DNA from: Spirochaetota bacterium
Lineage (GTDB): Bacteria > Spirochaetota > UBA4802 > JAFGDQ01
Length of the DNA: 64,000 nucleotides
Assembly (NCBI GenBank): GCA_043803405.1
Contig: JAZDKB010000019.1
Span: 360,218-424,217 of the forward strand
Direction of reading: 5' to 3'
Positions 49,103 through 58,693 of the stretch are shown one piece after another. The position numbers and the translations under genes are program-made. Under the pieces are notes generated by a model. The model saw nothing but the letters and a program-made list of their open reading frames with translations. It had not been told where the DNA came from and did not search any database. The first letter of the stretch is position 1; the number at the start of each line of letters is the position of its first letter.

Positions 49103-49879
49103 TTGGATACTAAAGCAATTGTCATCGTATCGGTGCTCGTTCTCATCTTTCTTCTCGAAGGGATATTCCCGCATTTCAGAGGCCGCACAAGCAGGGTCAG
49201 GCATGGTCTTTCCCATATCTTTATCGCAATCATTAACGGACTTCTTACGCGGCTGCTCTTTGCGGGTCTGGCGATAAAAGCAACAACATGGACACAAGCA
49301 CAGTCCTTCGGCATTCTTAACACCGGATTATTTTCCCAGGCTGCCGGAACCACAATAGCCTTCGTCCTCTTCGATATCTGGATGTATTTCTGGCACGTGG
49401 CTAATCACCATGTTTCGCTGCTATGGCTTTTTCACAGGGCTCATCACGCAGACATCGCAATGGACACAACTACGGCTCTCCGCTTTCATCTAGGAGAATT
49501 ATTTTTTTCATCCTTTGCCAGGCTTCCGGTCATTATGCTTATCGGCCTGAGCTTTGAACAGGTTGTCTTCTTTGAGACCATCTTAAACGTATCTACTTTA
49601 TTTCATCACAGCAATATCCATATTCCCGAGAAGTGGGATAGTATTATTCGTCTTGTGATCACCAGCCCCAACATGCATAGGGTGCACCATTCGACAGAAA
49701 GGCGGGAAACAAACTCTAATTATACCAGCATTTTATCTATTTGGGACCGCATTGTAAGAACCTTTAAAAGGCGAGCAGATACCAGTACAATCACCATCGG
49801 GTTGTCGGACTTCCGCAGTCAGAAATGGCAGGGTGCATTTGGATTTTACATATCGCCGTTTTTAAACCCACAACCATAA
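49103..49879 (+). CDS. Sterol desaturase / fatty acid hydroxylase family membrane protein
   Basis: His boxes WHVANH, FHRAHH, FHHSN, HRVHH; TTG start with GAGGGG SD. Confidence 0.88.
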   Translation: MDTKAIVIVSVLVLIFLLEGIFPHFRGRTSRVRHGLSHIFIAIINGLLTRLLFAGLAIKATTWTQAQSFGILNTGLFSQAAGTTIAFVLFDIWMYFWHVANHHVSLLWLFHRAHHADIAMDTTTALRFHLGELFFSSFARLPVIMLIGLSFEQVVFFETILNVSTLFHHSNIHIPEKWDSIIRLVITSPNMHRVHHSTERRETNSNYTSILSIWDRIVRTFKRRADTSTITIGLSDFRSQKWQGAFGFYISPFLNPQP

Positions 49880-50010
49880 GTAATCAATATCACTTACCCC
49901 TGTCATTGTAAAAGATAAGTTAATTCACGTAAGTTATAATTTTTATTATCACAATTTTATCAGCAATCATATAACAATTTTAGTTAACTAAAATTCATGG
50001 ATATCGTGAA

Positions 50011-50040
50011 TTGACTTAATTGTTTTTATTAATATATAAT
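50011..50040 (+). promoter_or_regulatory. Sigma70-type promoter upstream of the NHEJ operon
   Basis: TTGACT-18 nt-TATAAT. Confidence 0.5.
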
Positions 50041-50062
50041 AAATGTTTAAAATATATCTAAT

Positions 50063-50134
50063 TGTCATTTCGAAGGAGCGGTAGGCACGGATACCTTAGT
50101 GCCAGGAGATTTCTCACATTCGTTCGAAATGACA
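50063..50134. repeat. GTCATTTCGA-type REP-like hairpin in the ku leader
   Basis: 12-bp inverted arms TGTCATTTCGAA / TTCGAAATGACA with inner GGCAC..GTGCC. Confidence 0.7.
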
Positions 50135-50150
50135 CAGTATAAGAGTTTTT

Positions 50151-50921
50151 ATGGCACAAACAATATGGATCGGGAATATACATTTTAAGGATACAGATAT
50201 TCCGGTAAAACTGCATACATCAGTCACGCAGAAAAGGATACAATTCCACCTTTTGCATAAAACCGACAGGATAAGACTGCGCCAGCAGATGATATGTGCG
50301 TATGAAAAGATACCTGTTACCGGAGCTGAAGAGGTGAAAGGATTCAAGGTGGATGAACGAAAATACATTCTCATGGATTCAGAAGAGCTTGAAGAAACGG
50401 AACCTGAGAAAAACAGGATGATCGAGGTTCATGAATTTGTTAAGGCCGGGGAAATAGATCCGGTCTTTATGGAACGGACTTATTACCTTGAGCCTGGTAT
50501 GGCCAACAATAAGAATTACGGTTTACTTGTTGATATACTTAAGGATACAGGACTGCAGGGTATCTGCACATGGGCCATGAGAAAAAGAGCTTATTTTGGA
50601 GCGGTTAAGTCGGATGGAAAAATGCTTAGACTGACCACTTTAAGATATGCAGACGAGATAATTAAGGTGAAAGACCTCGGCATTGAAGCATTCTCTCTTT
50701 CGGAGAAGGAGCTCGAAATAGCCGGAGAGTTGATCGGCAAGCTTACAGTACATTTCCAGCCTGAAAAATATAAAAATGAGCATCAGCAAAAACTGCAGGA
50801 GCTTATAGAAAAAAAAGCCCGCGGTGAAAAACTTGTATTATTAAAACCAAGAAAACGTAAGACAACCCCGTCTGGCAAACTCCTTGAGGTACTTGAAGAA
50901 AGTCTGAGGATGGCAAGATGA
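50151..50921 (+). CDS. ku: Ku protein, divergent copy A
   Basis: IW.G.I.F...IPVKL, FHLLH, EEVKGF, IEVHEFV...IDPVFMERTYYLEP, LTTLRYADEI, FQPEKYKN. Confidence 0.88.
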   Translation: MAQTIWIGNIHFKDTDIPVKLHTSVTQKRIQFHLLHKTDRIRLRQQMICAYEKIPVTGAEEVKGFKVDERKYILMDSEELEETEPEKNRMIEVHEFVKAGEIDPVFMERTYYLEPGMANNKNYGLLVDILKDTGLQGICTWAMRKRAYFGAVKSDGKMLRLTTLRYADEIIKVKDLGIEAFSLSEKELEIAGELIGKLTVHFQPEKYKNEHQQKLQELIEKKARGEKLVLLKPRKRKTTPSGKLLEVLEESLRMAR

Positions 50922-51766
50922 AAGTAACAAAAAAGAATATTAATAAAAAAGAAAAGAAAGAAGTCATCCGGGGGAAAACTCCTTCATCAGGAATATGGAG
51001 CGGGACAATAAGCTTCAGCCTTGTGGCCATACCCGTAAAACTGGTCAAGGCGGTTGAGCCTGGCAGGATCTCGTTCAGAATGCTTCATGATAAAGATTAT
51101 TCCCCGCTACAGCGCAAAATGATCTGCCCGGAAGATGAGACTATTGTTGAGCAGGACGAAATCATAAGGGGTTATGAAATAGAACCGGGAAGACACATAA
51201 CGGTCTCCGGCGAGGAACTGGAATCCGTCTCCCCCGATCGGAGCCGGACTATCGAGATAGCTGAATTTATAGATCTAAGTGAAGTCGACCCGATATATTA
51301 TGACCACCCGTATTTTCTTGTCCCGTTAAAAGGCGGTGAAAAAGCATACAGCCTCCTGGCAGAGGCATTGGAAAGGACAGGCAAAGCGGGTGTGTCAAAA
51401 TTCGTACTTGATGAGCGGGAATATTTTGTTTTAATTAAGAACAGGGGTGGAGCTTTGGAATTAAGCACCCTTCACTATAGCGATGAAATATTATCTTACG
51501 AGTATCCCGTAAAGGATAATGTGAAATTCACTGATAAGGAACTAATCAGTATAAAAAAAACCATCAGGGAAATGACAGGGGATTTCACCCCGGAAAAATA
51601 CTCGGACAGGCGAAGGGAAAAACTCCTCAAGATATTAAAAAAGAAGATTGAGCAAAAAAAGGAAGTTGAGGCACCCGAAATTGAGGAAGAACAAATTCTG
51701 GAGAGCATGACCGATCTAATGGAAGCCCTTCAGCACAGCATGCATAAAATGAAAAAAACAGGATGA
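50918..51766 (+). CDS. ku: Ku protein, copy B
   Basis: IWSGTISFSLVAIPVKL, EIIRGYE, IEIAEFI...VDPIYYDHPYFL, FTPEKYSD, DLMEAL. Confidence 0.92.
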   Translation: MKVTKKNINKKEKKEVIRGKTPSSGIWSGTISFSLVAIPVKLVKAVEPGRISFRMLHDKDYSPLQRKMICPEDETIVEQDEIIRGYEIEPGRHITVSGEELESVSPDRSRTIEIAEFIDLSEVDPIYYDHPYFLVPLKGGEKAYSLLAEALERTGKAGVSKFVLDEREYFVLIKNRGGALELSTLHYSDEILSYEYPVKDNVKFTDKELISIKKTIREMTGDFTPEKYSDRRREKLLKILKKKIEQKKEVEAPEIEEEQILESMTDLMEALQHSMHKMKKTG

Positions 51767-52662
51767 AAACAATAAGCATCAACAACAGGGATCTGTCTCT
51801 GTCCAATCTTGACAAGGTTCTCTATCCTTCCTATGGCCTGACAAAATTACAGATCCTTGAGTATTACAGCCGCATAGCGCCTTTTATTCTTCCCCACCTT
51901 AATGGACGGGCTCTGACTTTAAAACGCTATCCGCATGGGGTTGACAAGGATTTTTTTTTCGAAAAACGCTGCCCTTCGTACAGGCCGGATTGGCTGGAAA
52001 CTGCAGATGTGCCTTACGGCGGAAATAAAACCTTAACCTATTGCCTGATAAATAATCTGGAAACGCTTGTCTGGGTGGAAAACCTTGCTTCAATTGAACT
52101 CCATGTGCCTTTGGCAAAGGCCCGAACTTATAGTACTCCTGATTCAGTGGTTTTCGACCTTGATCCGGGCGATAACGCGGATATCCTTGACTGCGCAAAA
52201 GTTGCGTTTATTTTAAAAGACCTGCTGGACAGGCAGAAACTCTTAAGCTGGGTGAAGACTTCCGGGAAAAAAGGCCTGCATGTATTTGTCCCTCTTAATT
52301 CAAAAGAAACAAGTTTTGAACAGACCAAAATCTTTTCAAGGGCGGTTGCTGAAATAATGCAGAAGAATTATCCCGATCTTGTCACTGCAAAGATGGATAA
52401 AAAATTACGTAAAGGCAAAGTTTTTATCAACTGGTCTCAAAACGATGCATCAAAGACTATGGTATGTGTCTATTCTCTGCGAGCCGGAGAATTACCCTAT
52501 GTTTCATGTCCATTTACATGGAAAGAACTTGAGACGAATTCAAAGCAGAAAAAAAATGAAAAATTCCAAATACTTTATTCTGATGCGATTAAAAGAGCAG
52601 AGAAATACGGGGATATTTTCGGAGAAATATTAAACCAAAAACAGAGGCTTCCAAACACGTGA
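51763..52662 (+). CDS. Stand-alone LigD polymerase (primase-polymerase) domain
   Basis: SNLDKVLYP, RYPHG, FFEK, IELH, FDLDPG, KTSGKKGLH, YSLRA. Confidence 0.92.
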   Translation: MKTISINNRDLSLSNLDKVLYPSYGLTKLQILEYYSRIAPFILPHLNGRALTLKRYPHGVDKDFFFEKRCPSYRPDWLETADVPYGGNKTLTYCLINNLETLVWVENLASIELHVPLAKARTYSTPDSVVFDLDPGDNADILDCAKVAFILKDLLDRQKLLSWVKTSGKKGLHVFVPLNSKETSFEQTKIFSRAVAEIMQKNYPDLVTAKMDKKLRKGKVFINWSQNDASKTMVCVYSLRAGELPYVSCPFTWKELETNSKQKKNEKFQILYSDAIKRAEKYGDIFGEILNQKQRLPNT

Positions 52663-54350
52663 GTTTAAAAGAATACAAACGAAAAAGACAATTAAGTAAA
52701 ACACCTGAGCCCAAACCGGTTCTTGCTGATAAAGATAAGGGAAAATACCTTATCTTCGTAGTGCATAAGCATGCATCCCGCAACCTTCACTATGATCTCA
52801 GACTGGAATTGCAGGGCGTTTTAAAGAGCTTTGCAATACCCAAAGGGCCGTCACTCGATCCGTCGTTAAAGAGGCTCGCGGTCATGGTCGAGGACCATCC
52901 GTTTGATTACAAGGACTTTGAGGGAGTAATACCTGAGGGCAATTACGGAGCAGGAAGCGTGATAATCTGGGACAGCGGTTTTTACAGTTCTCTATATTCA
53001 TCGGACAAAAAAGAGAGTGAGAAAATACTTTTAGACGGTATTAAAAAGGGGGATTTTAAATTCATTCTTGCAGGGGAGAAACTCAGAGGAGAATTCGCAC
53101 TTGTAAGGACGAAACTGGATAATAATTCATGGCTTTTATTAAAGAAAAAAGACAAGTACTCGTCCGCTGCCGATGTGCTGAAACAGGACCGTTCTGTTTT
53201 GTCCGATAAAACAATTGAGGAAATTGCGGCCGAAGCAAAGACTGATTCCCGGGAGATGTCTCAAAAGCAAATATTTGCCACAAAGGCACAGAGACACAGA
53301 GAATTGCCTCTGCGGCATTCTGCCGGGACAGTCTTTGGAAAAAAGAAAGATATTATTGATATAAAAAAAGCGCCGCGTGAAACCATGCCGCATAACGTAA
53401 GTCCTATGCTTGCAAGTACTGCTCTAAAACCCTTCAATAATGCGGATTGGATATTCGAAATAAAATGGGACGGCTACAGGGCAATAGCCGAAATCTCCGG
53501 GAAAAATGTTCTGCTTTACTCACGCAATAATATTTCTTTTGAGGATAAATTTTCAGAAATTGTGGATACTCTGAAAAAGCTGAAATTTAAAGCAGTGCTG
53601 GACGGCGAGATTGTGTTCGTCGGTAAAAACGGAAAGCCGGATTTTTTTATGCTTCAGGATTATCATAGCGGCATTGCCGGCAAAGCCGGAAAAAATTCAA
53701 AGGGCCAATTGATATACTATGTCTTTGATGTTTTGCATTACGAGGGCCGCGACCTCACAGGGCTGGAGCTTGTAAAAAGGAAAGAGATTCTTGAAAAAAT
53801 TCTGCCTGATGAGGGCAATGTGAGGATTTCAACTCATGTAGTAAAAGACGGCATCGAATTTTTCAGTGCGGCAAGAAAAAAAGATCTTGAAGGGATTGTT
53901 GCCAAACAATCGAAGAGCCGGTATATGATAGGAACAAGAAGCAGGAACTGGCTCAAGATAAAATTACATAAAACACAGGATTGTGTTATCGCCGGATTTA
54001 CGGAGCCAAGGAACTCCAGGAAATACCTGGGCAGCCTGATTCTTGGAGCTTTTGAAAAAAACAAATTTATTTATGTAGGCCATTCGGGCGGAGGGTTCCA
54101 TGGACTGAGCTTAAAAAGTGTATATGAAAAACTGCAGCCCCTTATCCGGGAATCCTGTCCATTCAAAACAAAACCGCCGGAAAGCGAGACCGTGACATGG
54201 GTGAAACCGGAGCTTGTCTGCGAAATTTCTTTCGCAGGCTGGACAAAAGAGAAGCTCATGCGCCAGCCCAATTTCCTGAGGTTCCGTGAGGATAAAGCTC
54301 CGGAAGAGGCAATTGTTAGCCCCCCAAACCCCCCTGAGGGGGGCTTTTAG
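52659..54350 (+). CDS. ligD: LigD phosphoesterase + ATP-dependent ligase
   Basis: Phosphoesterase FVVHKH..LHYDLRLE, PKGPS, VEDHP; ligase EIKWDGYR, LDGEIV, VFDVL, EGIVAK, WLKIK; C-terminal OB fold WVKPELVCEI. Confidence 0.93.
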   Translation: MSLKEYKRKRQLSKTPEPKPVLADKDKGKYLIFVVHKHASRNLHYDLRLELQGVLKSFAIPKGPSLDPSLKRLAVMVEDHPFDYKDFEGVIPEGNYGAGSVIIWDSGFYSSLYSSDKKESEKILLDGIKKGDFKFILAGEKLRGEFALVRTKLDNNSWLLLKKKDKYSSAADVLKQDRSVLSDKTIEEIAAEAKTDSREMSQKQIFATKAQRHRELPLRHSAGTVFGKKKDIIDIKKAPRETMPHNVSPMLASTALKPFNNADWIFEIKWDGYRAIAEISGKNVLLYSRNNISFEDKFSEIVDTLKKLKFKAVLDGEIVFVGKNGKPDFFMLQDYHSGIAGKAGKNSKGQLIYYVFDVLHYEGRDLTGLELVKRKEILEKILPDEGNVRISTHVVKDGIEFFSAARKKDLEGIVAKQSKSRYMIGTRSRNWLKIKLHKTQDCVIAGFTEPRNSRKYLGSLILGAFEKNKFIYVGHSGGGFHGLSLKSVYEKLQPLIRESCPFKTKPPESETVTWVKPELVCEISFAGWTKEKLMRQPNFLRFREDKAPEEAIVSPPNPPEGGF

Positions 54351-54384
54351 TTTTTAAGCCCCCCTCAGGGGGGTTTGGGGGGCT
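54318..54384. repeat. C/G-run REP-like palindrome overlapping the ligD 3' end
   Basis: Perfect 29-bp inverted arms AGCCCCCCAAACCCCCCTGAGGGGGGCTT / AAGCCCCCCTCAGGGGGGTTTGGGGGGCT. Confidence 0.88.
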
Positions 54385-54413
54385 GTGCTCAAATAATAGG
54401 AGGAATATTTAAA

Positions 54414-55121
54414 ATGAAAATCTATACAGGTACAAGCGGATACAGCTACAAGGAATGGAAAGGATATTTTTATCCTGAAAAAATTTCGGCAGACAAAATG
54501 CTTCCGTATTATTCAAGTAAACTCACGGCTGTTGAAATTAACAATACTTACTACCGCATGCCTAAAATGAGCGTCGTTGAAACCTGGGCCGGAGAAGTTC
54601 CTTCGGATTTCATGTTTGCAGTTAAAGCTCCTCAAATCATAACTCATATTAAGCGTTTAAAAAATGTCAGCGAAGAAACCAGATATTTCCTGACCGTGAT
54701 CTCCGGCCTGGGTAAAAAGCTCGGCACCATTCTTTTTCAGTTTCCTGCCAGCTTCAAGCAGGACATTCCCCTGCTTGAAAATTTTCTTAAACGTATTCCT
54801 CCTGGAATAAACTGCACATTTGATTTCAGAAGCACAACGTGGTTCAATGATGAGACTTACAAGCTTCTTGGACAAAGGGATTTCTCCCTTTGCCTGGAAG
54901 ATACTGATGAAAAACCGGTGACAGATATAATTTCTACTGCTACATGGGGCTATTTACGCCTTCGTCGCTCCAATTATACTGATGCAGATCTTTCGGATTG
55001 GGCAAAAAAAATCCTTTCCATAAAATGGAAAAAGGTATTTGTATTTTTCAAGCACGAGGGAGATGAAGCTAAAGGACCTTCGCTGGCTGTAAACTTCTGT
55101 AACCTGTTCGATACCGAATAG
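54414..55121 (+). CDS. DUF72 (YecE-like) protein
   Basis: GTSGYSYKEWKG.FYP, VEINNTYY, FAVKAP..ITH, LFQFP, YLRLR; AGGAGG SD before ATG 54414. Confidence 0.9.
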   Translation: MKIYTGTSGYSYKEWKGYFYPEKISADKMLPYYSSKLTAVEINNTYYRMPKMSVVETWAGEVPSDFMFAVKAPQIITHIKRLKNVSEETRYFLTVISGLGKKLGTILFQFPASFKQDIPLLENFLKRIPPGINCTFDFRSTTWFNDETYKLLGQRDFSLCLEDTDEKPVTDIISTATWGYLRLRRSNYTDADLSDWAKKILSIKWKKVFVFFKHEGDEAKGPSLAVNFCNLFDTE

Positions 55122-55127
55122 ACGGCG

Positions 55128-55316
55128 CTATCCTCCTATAGTGATCGCGGTTACCGGGCATTCGTCTGCTGCCTGCTGTGCGCATTCTTCCTGCTCAGCC
55201 GGAACCGGGTTCGCGAACACGACCGCTTTTTCGTTGTCCATTCTGAACACCTCCGGGCAGGTATCAGCGCAAAGATTACATCCTATACAGGTATCCTGGT
55301 CTATGATTGCTTTCAT
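55128..55316 (-). CDS. Monocluster ferredoxin
   Basis: CIGCNLCADTCP ... CPVTAI. Confidence 0.88.
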   Translation of the reverse strand: MKAIIDQDTCIGCNLCADTCPEVFRMDNEKAVVFANPVPAEQEECAQQAADECPVTAITIGG

Positions 55317-55473
55317 TTTTTTTCCTTATTTTTAGTTAAAATTATTTTAATTACGCAAATATTGTACGGTTGTTATAACAGGAATTCAATGTATTTGTGA
55401 ATACATGATATTTGTCATTATGAACTAACAATATCCGTGAGATATATCTTCAGCTTTGAACGGTAAACGATGA

Positions 55474-58032
55474 TTAATCAGGCAGGTTCAGACTCTGAGG
55501 GCCGTTTTGTTTATGCCGGATAGTTTCATAGATCGCTTTCAGAAGTTCCGTAGATGAATCGGTTTTGTTAACAAAGTTCGAGGCTCCCGCCTTCATCATG
55601 TCCTGGACGAGTTGATAACTGTCATGCATTGAGAGGCCGATTATAATAATAAACGGAAATTCTTTCTTTATGTATTCTGTGGCTTCTATTCCATTCATTA
55701 CCGGCATTGATATGTCCATTAACACAACATCCGGCTTCAGTTGCCTTACTTTCTCCAAAGCTTCCCGGCCGTTGGATGCTTCTCCAACCACCCTGATGCC
55801 CGGCTGTCCTGAGAGCAGGCTTGAAAGCCCCTGCCGAAAAACTTTGTGGTCGTCAACGAACAGCAGACTGATGTTGCCGGTATCAATAAATTCGGTTTGA
55901 CGGCCTGTCTGTTTTTGCAGGTCAACCGAAGCCGATTGCCTTTTACCGGTATTATGAAGAACGAAAGGAACCAAGAGTGTGAAGCTGCTTCCTTCCCCGG
56001 GAATGCTTTTTATAACAAGATCGCCGCCGATATATTTCGCGCGTTCGCGTATACCCATCAGCCCGAATCCCATGTTCGGAATTAAAGAATCCATAATACC
56101 CGGATCAAAACCCTTTCCCTGATCATTAACTTCAATTTTTATAAACCCATCGGGCGCTGAAAGGATTACACTTGCCTCTTTTACACCTGAATGTTTAAAA
56201 ACATTGAATAATAATTCATGAACAGCACGAAACATGAAAATGTTCAGGGTCGAATCTTTAAACTCCAGGCCGGTGTCTTTCACCAAACGGATTGACAAAC
56301 CGAACTGTTCATTCATTTGCCCCGCAAGCCATTCCAGGGCTGGAAACAGTCCCGAATGATGCAGAATCGCAGGACTTAATTCATGGGACAAACGGCGCGA
56401 TTTTACTATTGAGACCTCTAATAACTCATTTACTTTTTCCATAACCGGGTCCGGCGACATCTTTCTTCTCATGACATTCAGATGCATTTTTGCAGCTGCC
56501 AGAAGCTGCTGCAAATCGTCGTGCAGGAGTTCGGAAAGCCGTCTCTTTTCCTGCTCTTCCGCTTCGATCAGGTCAACAGCCAGCGCCTGGAGCTGTTTTG
56601 CTCTTGCCTCTGCCAGCGCCGTGCGCTCGGTAATTTTTTGCTCCAGTGTTTCATTAATCTCACGAACGGCTTTTTCAGCTCTGCGCCTGTCGCTGATATC
56701 ACGGAAGATAAGCACTACACCGGTAATGCTGCCCGCTTTATCCTTTATCGGAGCGGCGCTGTCATCTATCGGAACTTCATCCCCGTTTTTGCGGATAAGC
56801 ACCGTGTTGTTTGCCAGGTTGGTGATCCTTCCGTTTCTAAGCGTCTTATTCACAGGGTTCTCTACGGTTTTACGGCTGTATTCATTGATAATATTGAAAA
56901 CATCGGTTACAGGTTTCCCAGCGGCATCAGCCATGCTCCATCCCGTAAGTGTTTCCGCTACCTTGTTTAAAAAAGTAATATTTGCGTTCATATCAGTGGC
57001 AATAACCGCATCTCCCACACTTGCAAGAGTGGTAGCCCATCTTTGTTCGCTTTCGTTTAGCGCCTTTTCCGCCAGTTTCCTGTCCGTAATGTCGCTGAAT
57101 ATTGCCACAAAAAAACCTTTTTGAGGACTGTACGCGGATATAGAGTACCACTTGTTCAGAGTTTCCAAATAATTTTCAAACTGCAGCGGCTTCCCTGTAA
57201 GGGCAACGCTCCCGTATTTGCCGATCCAGTCCCCGGGATCCTTCTCTATGCCGGGAAGGACTTCCGTGACTTTCCTGCCGATGATTTCTGCAGCTTTAAG
57301 GCCTGTGAGTTTTTCAAACGCCTCGTTGATTTCGTAAAAAATGTAATCGCAGGGGCTGCCGTCCGTATCCAGTACTATCCTGTGAAATGCAAATCCTTCG
57401 GACATATTTTTAAATATCTCGCGCAGCTTTTCTTCTGTTCTTCTGAGATTATCTTTTATTGCCACAGCTTCCGAGCTTTCAATAAGATCGTACCTGCCGG
57501 CATTTCTGACGAGCGCGAACCTGCAGTTCTTCACTGTTCGCATCAGGTTTACTGCATCGAATTTATCGCGTGGGTATAATACATTTTCAATTATGTTATA
57601 ATTGTAAATGTGTGCCTTGTCACTTTTACTGAAAGATGTTTCATTTATTGCAAATCTGAGGCCTTCAAATCCTTCCAGAATTGCCTGGTCCAGAATACGG
57701 AGAAGAAAAGACTGTTTCTGTTTTATGTTTTTTTGAACTAGCTTGTCCCTGCGGGAAATAATCATTAAACGGCCTTGTTTTACATATTCATTAAAGCCCG
57801 TGATTCTTTCCTTTAATACGGTATTTGCAGATTCAAGGGTAACGGAACCCGATGTAATCCACAGACATTTTTCATTATTTTTCAGTCCTGCCATTAAATA
57901 GGGAATAAGAATCTGAAGCATGTCATCTTCGGACTGGTAAAACTGGCAGAAGGTTGTGCCCCATGAAAGGCTCTTTATCTGGGGAATACCGGATTTTCGT
58001 TTTTCGTTGTAAACTGCAGGAGCTTTTAACAT
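55474..58032 (-). CDS. Hybrid kinase: shortened MEDS, PAS, PAS, HisKA_3-HATPase, NarL-type REC
   Basis: RKSGI..WGTTFCQFY MEDS start; LHDDLQQLL H-box; NVFKHSG, DQGKGFD, GFGLMGIRER; DDHKVFR..DISMP. Confidence 0.88.
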   Translation of the reverse strand: MLKAPAVYNEKRKSGIPQIKSLSWGTTFCQFYQSEDDMLQILIPYLMAGLKNNEKCLWITSGSVTLESANTVLKERITGFNEYVKQGRLMIISRRDKLVQKNIKQKQSFLLRILDQAILEGFEGLRFAINETSFSKSDKAHIYNYNIIENVLYPRDKFDAVNLMRTVKNCRFALVRNAGRYDLIESSEAVAIKDNLRRTEEKLREIFKNMSEGFAFHRIVLDTDGSPCDYIFYEINEAFEKLTGLKAAEIIGRKVTEVLPGIEKDPGDWIGKYGSVALTGKPLQFENYLETLNKWYSISAYSPQKGFFVAIFSDITDRKLAEKALNESEQRWATTLASVGDAVIATDMNANITFLNKVAETLTGWSMADAAGKPVTDVFNIINEYSRKTVENPVNKTLRNGRITNLANNTVLIRKNGDEVPIDDSAAPIKDKAGSITGVVLIFRDISDRRRAEKAVREINETLEQKITERTALAEARAKQLQALAVDLIEAEEQEKRRLSELLHDDLQQLLAAAKMHLNVMRRKMSPDPVMEKVNELLEVSIVKSRRLSHELSPAILHHSGLFPALEWLAGQMNEQFGLSIRLVKDTGLEFKDSTLNIFMFRAVHELLFNVFKHSGVKEASVILSAPDGFIKIEVNDQGKGFDPGIMDSLIPNMGFGLMGIRERAKYIGGDLVIKSIPGEGSSFTLLVPFVLHNTGKRQSASVDLQKQTGRQTEFIDTGNISLLFVDDHKVFRQGLSSLLSGQPGIRVVGEASNGREALEKVRQLKPDVVLMDISMPVMNGIEATEYIKKEFPFIIIIGLSMHDSYQLVQDMMKAGASNFVNKTDSSTELLKAIYETIRHKQNGPQSLNLPD

Positions 58033-58087
58033 TTTACTTTATAATAATTAATTTTTTTACGGGGAAATTGTTTTTAGAAATAGTACT

Positions 58088-58693
58088 TTAAACAAATGAA
58101 GAATTGTTTATTACCTGCCAGGATCCCTGGTTCATGGCAAGCGCAAATTCGTGATTTTTAATAACATCCATAATCTCCACAACTCCGCATTTTTTTAGCG
58201 AATAAGTGCATAGAACCAGCAGCCTGGTGCCTGTGATCACATTATTAATTTCCGCTTCATAAGCCGCAAAATCATCCCAGTCTTTTTTATTGTCAATCCA
58301 GTAAGGATTGCCGCTCACCCTTAGCCCGTCGAATCCTCCGGATAATGCTTCGTCATGTTTTTCCATCCACATATTCAAAGTACGGTTAAGGTCAAAATTC
58401 CCGCCTATAAGATACCATTCCTGGTAAGGGAATATCTCCATCTGCCCGCTTTTTAAATAAGCCCGGAATCCGGGTACATTCTTTTTTAGGGAACTTAAAG
58501 CCTGGTCCCTGGTAAGAAAATCGGAAGTTACCCACACGCACATTTCGTTATTTTCAAGGCCTGCCCTGAAGTAAGGAATAAGAATGTCCTGGAGATCTTT
58601 TTTTGTTTTATAAAACTGGCAAAAATGGCTTCCCCATGGCAAATCTCCAATTAATGTTATCCCCGATTTTCTTTTCCCCTCTGCGTTTTTCAT
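58088..58693 (-). CDS. Stand-alone MEDS-domain protein
   Basis: RKSGI..GDLPWGSHFCQFY, AGLENNE.CVWV, GFDGLRVSG, YEAEIN, LCTYSL, HEFAL. Confidence 0.88.
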   Translation of the reverse strand: MKNAEGKRKSGITLIGDLPWGSHFCQFYKTKKDLQDILIPYFRAGLENNEMCVWVTSDFLTRDQALSSLKKNVPGFRAYLKSGQMEIFPYQEWYLIGGNFDLNRTLNMWMEKHDEALSGGFDGLRVSGNPYWIDNKKDWDDFAAYEAEINNVITGTRLLVLCTYSLKKCGVVEIMDVIKNHEFALAMNQGSWQVINNSSFV

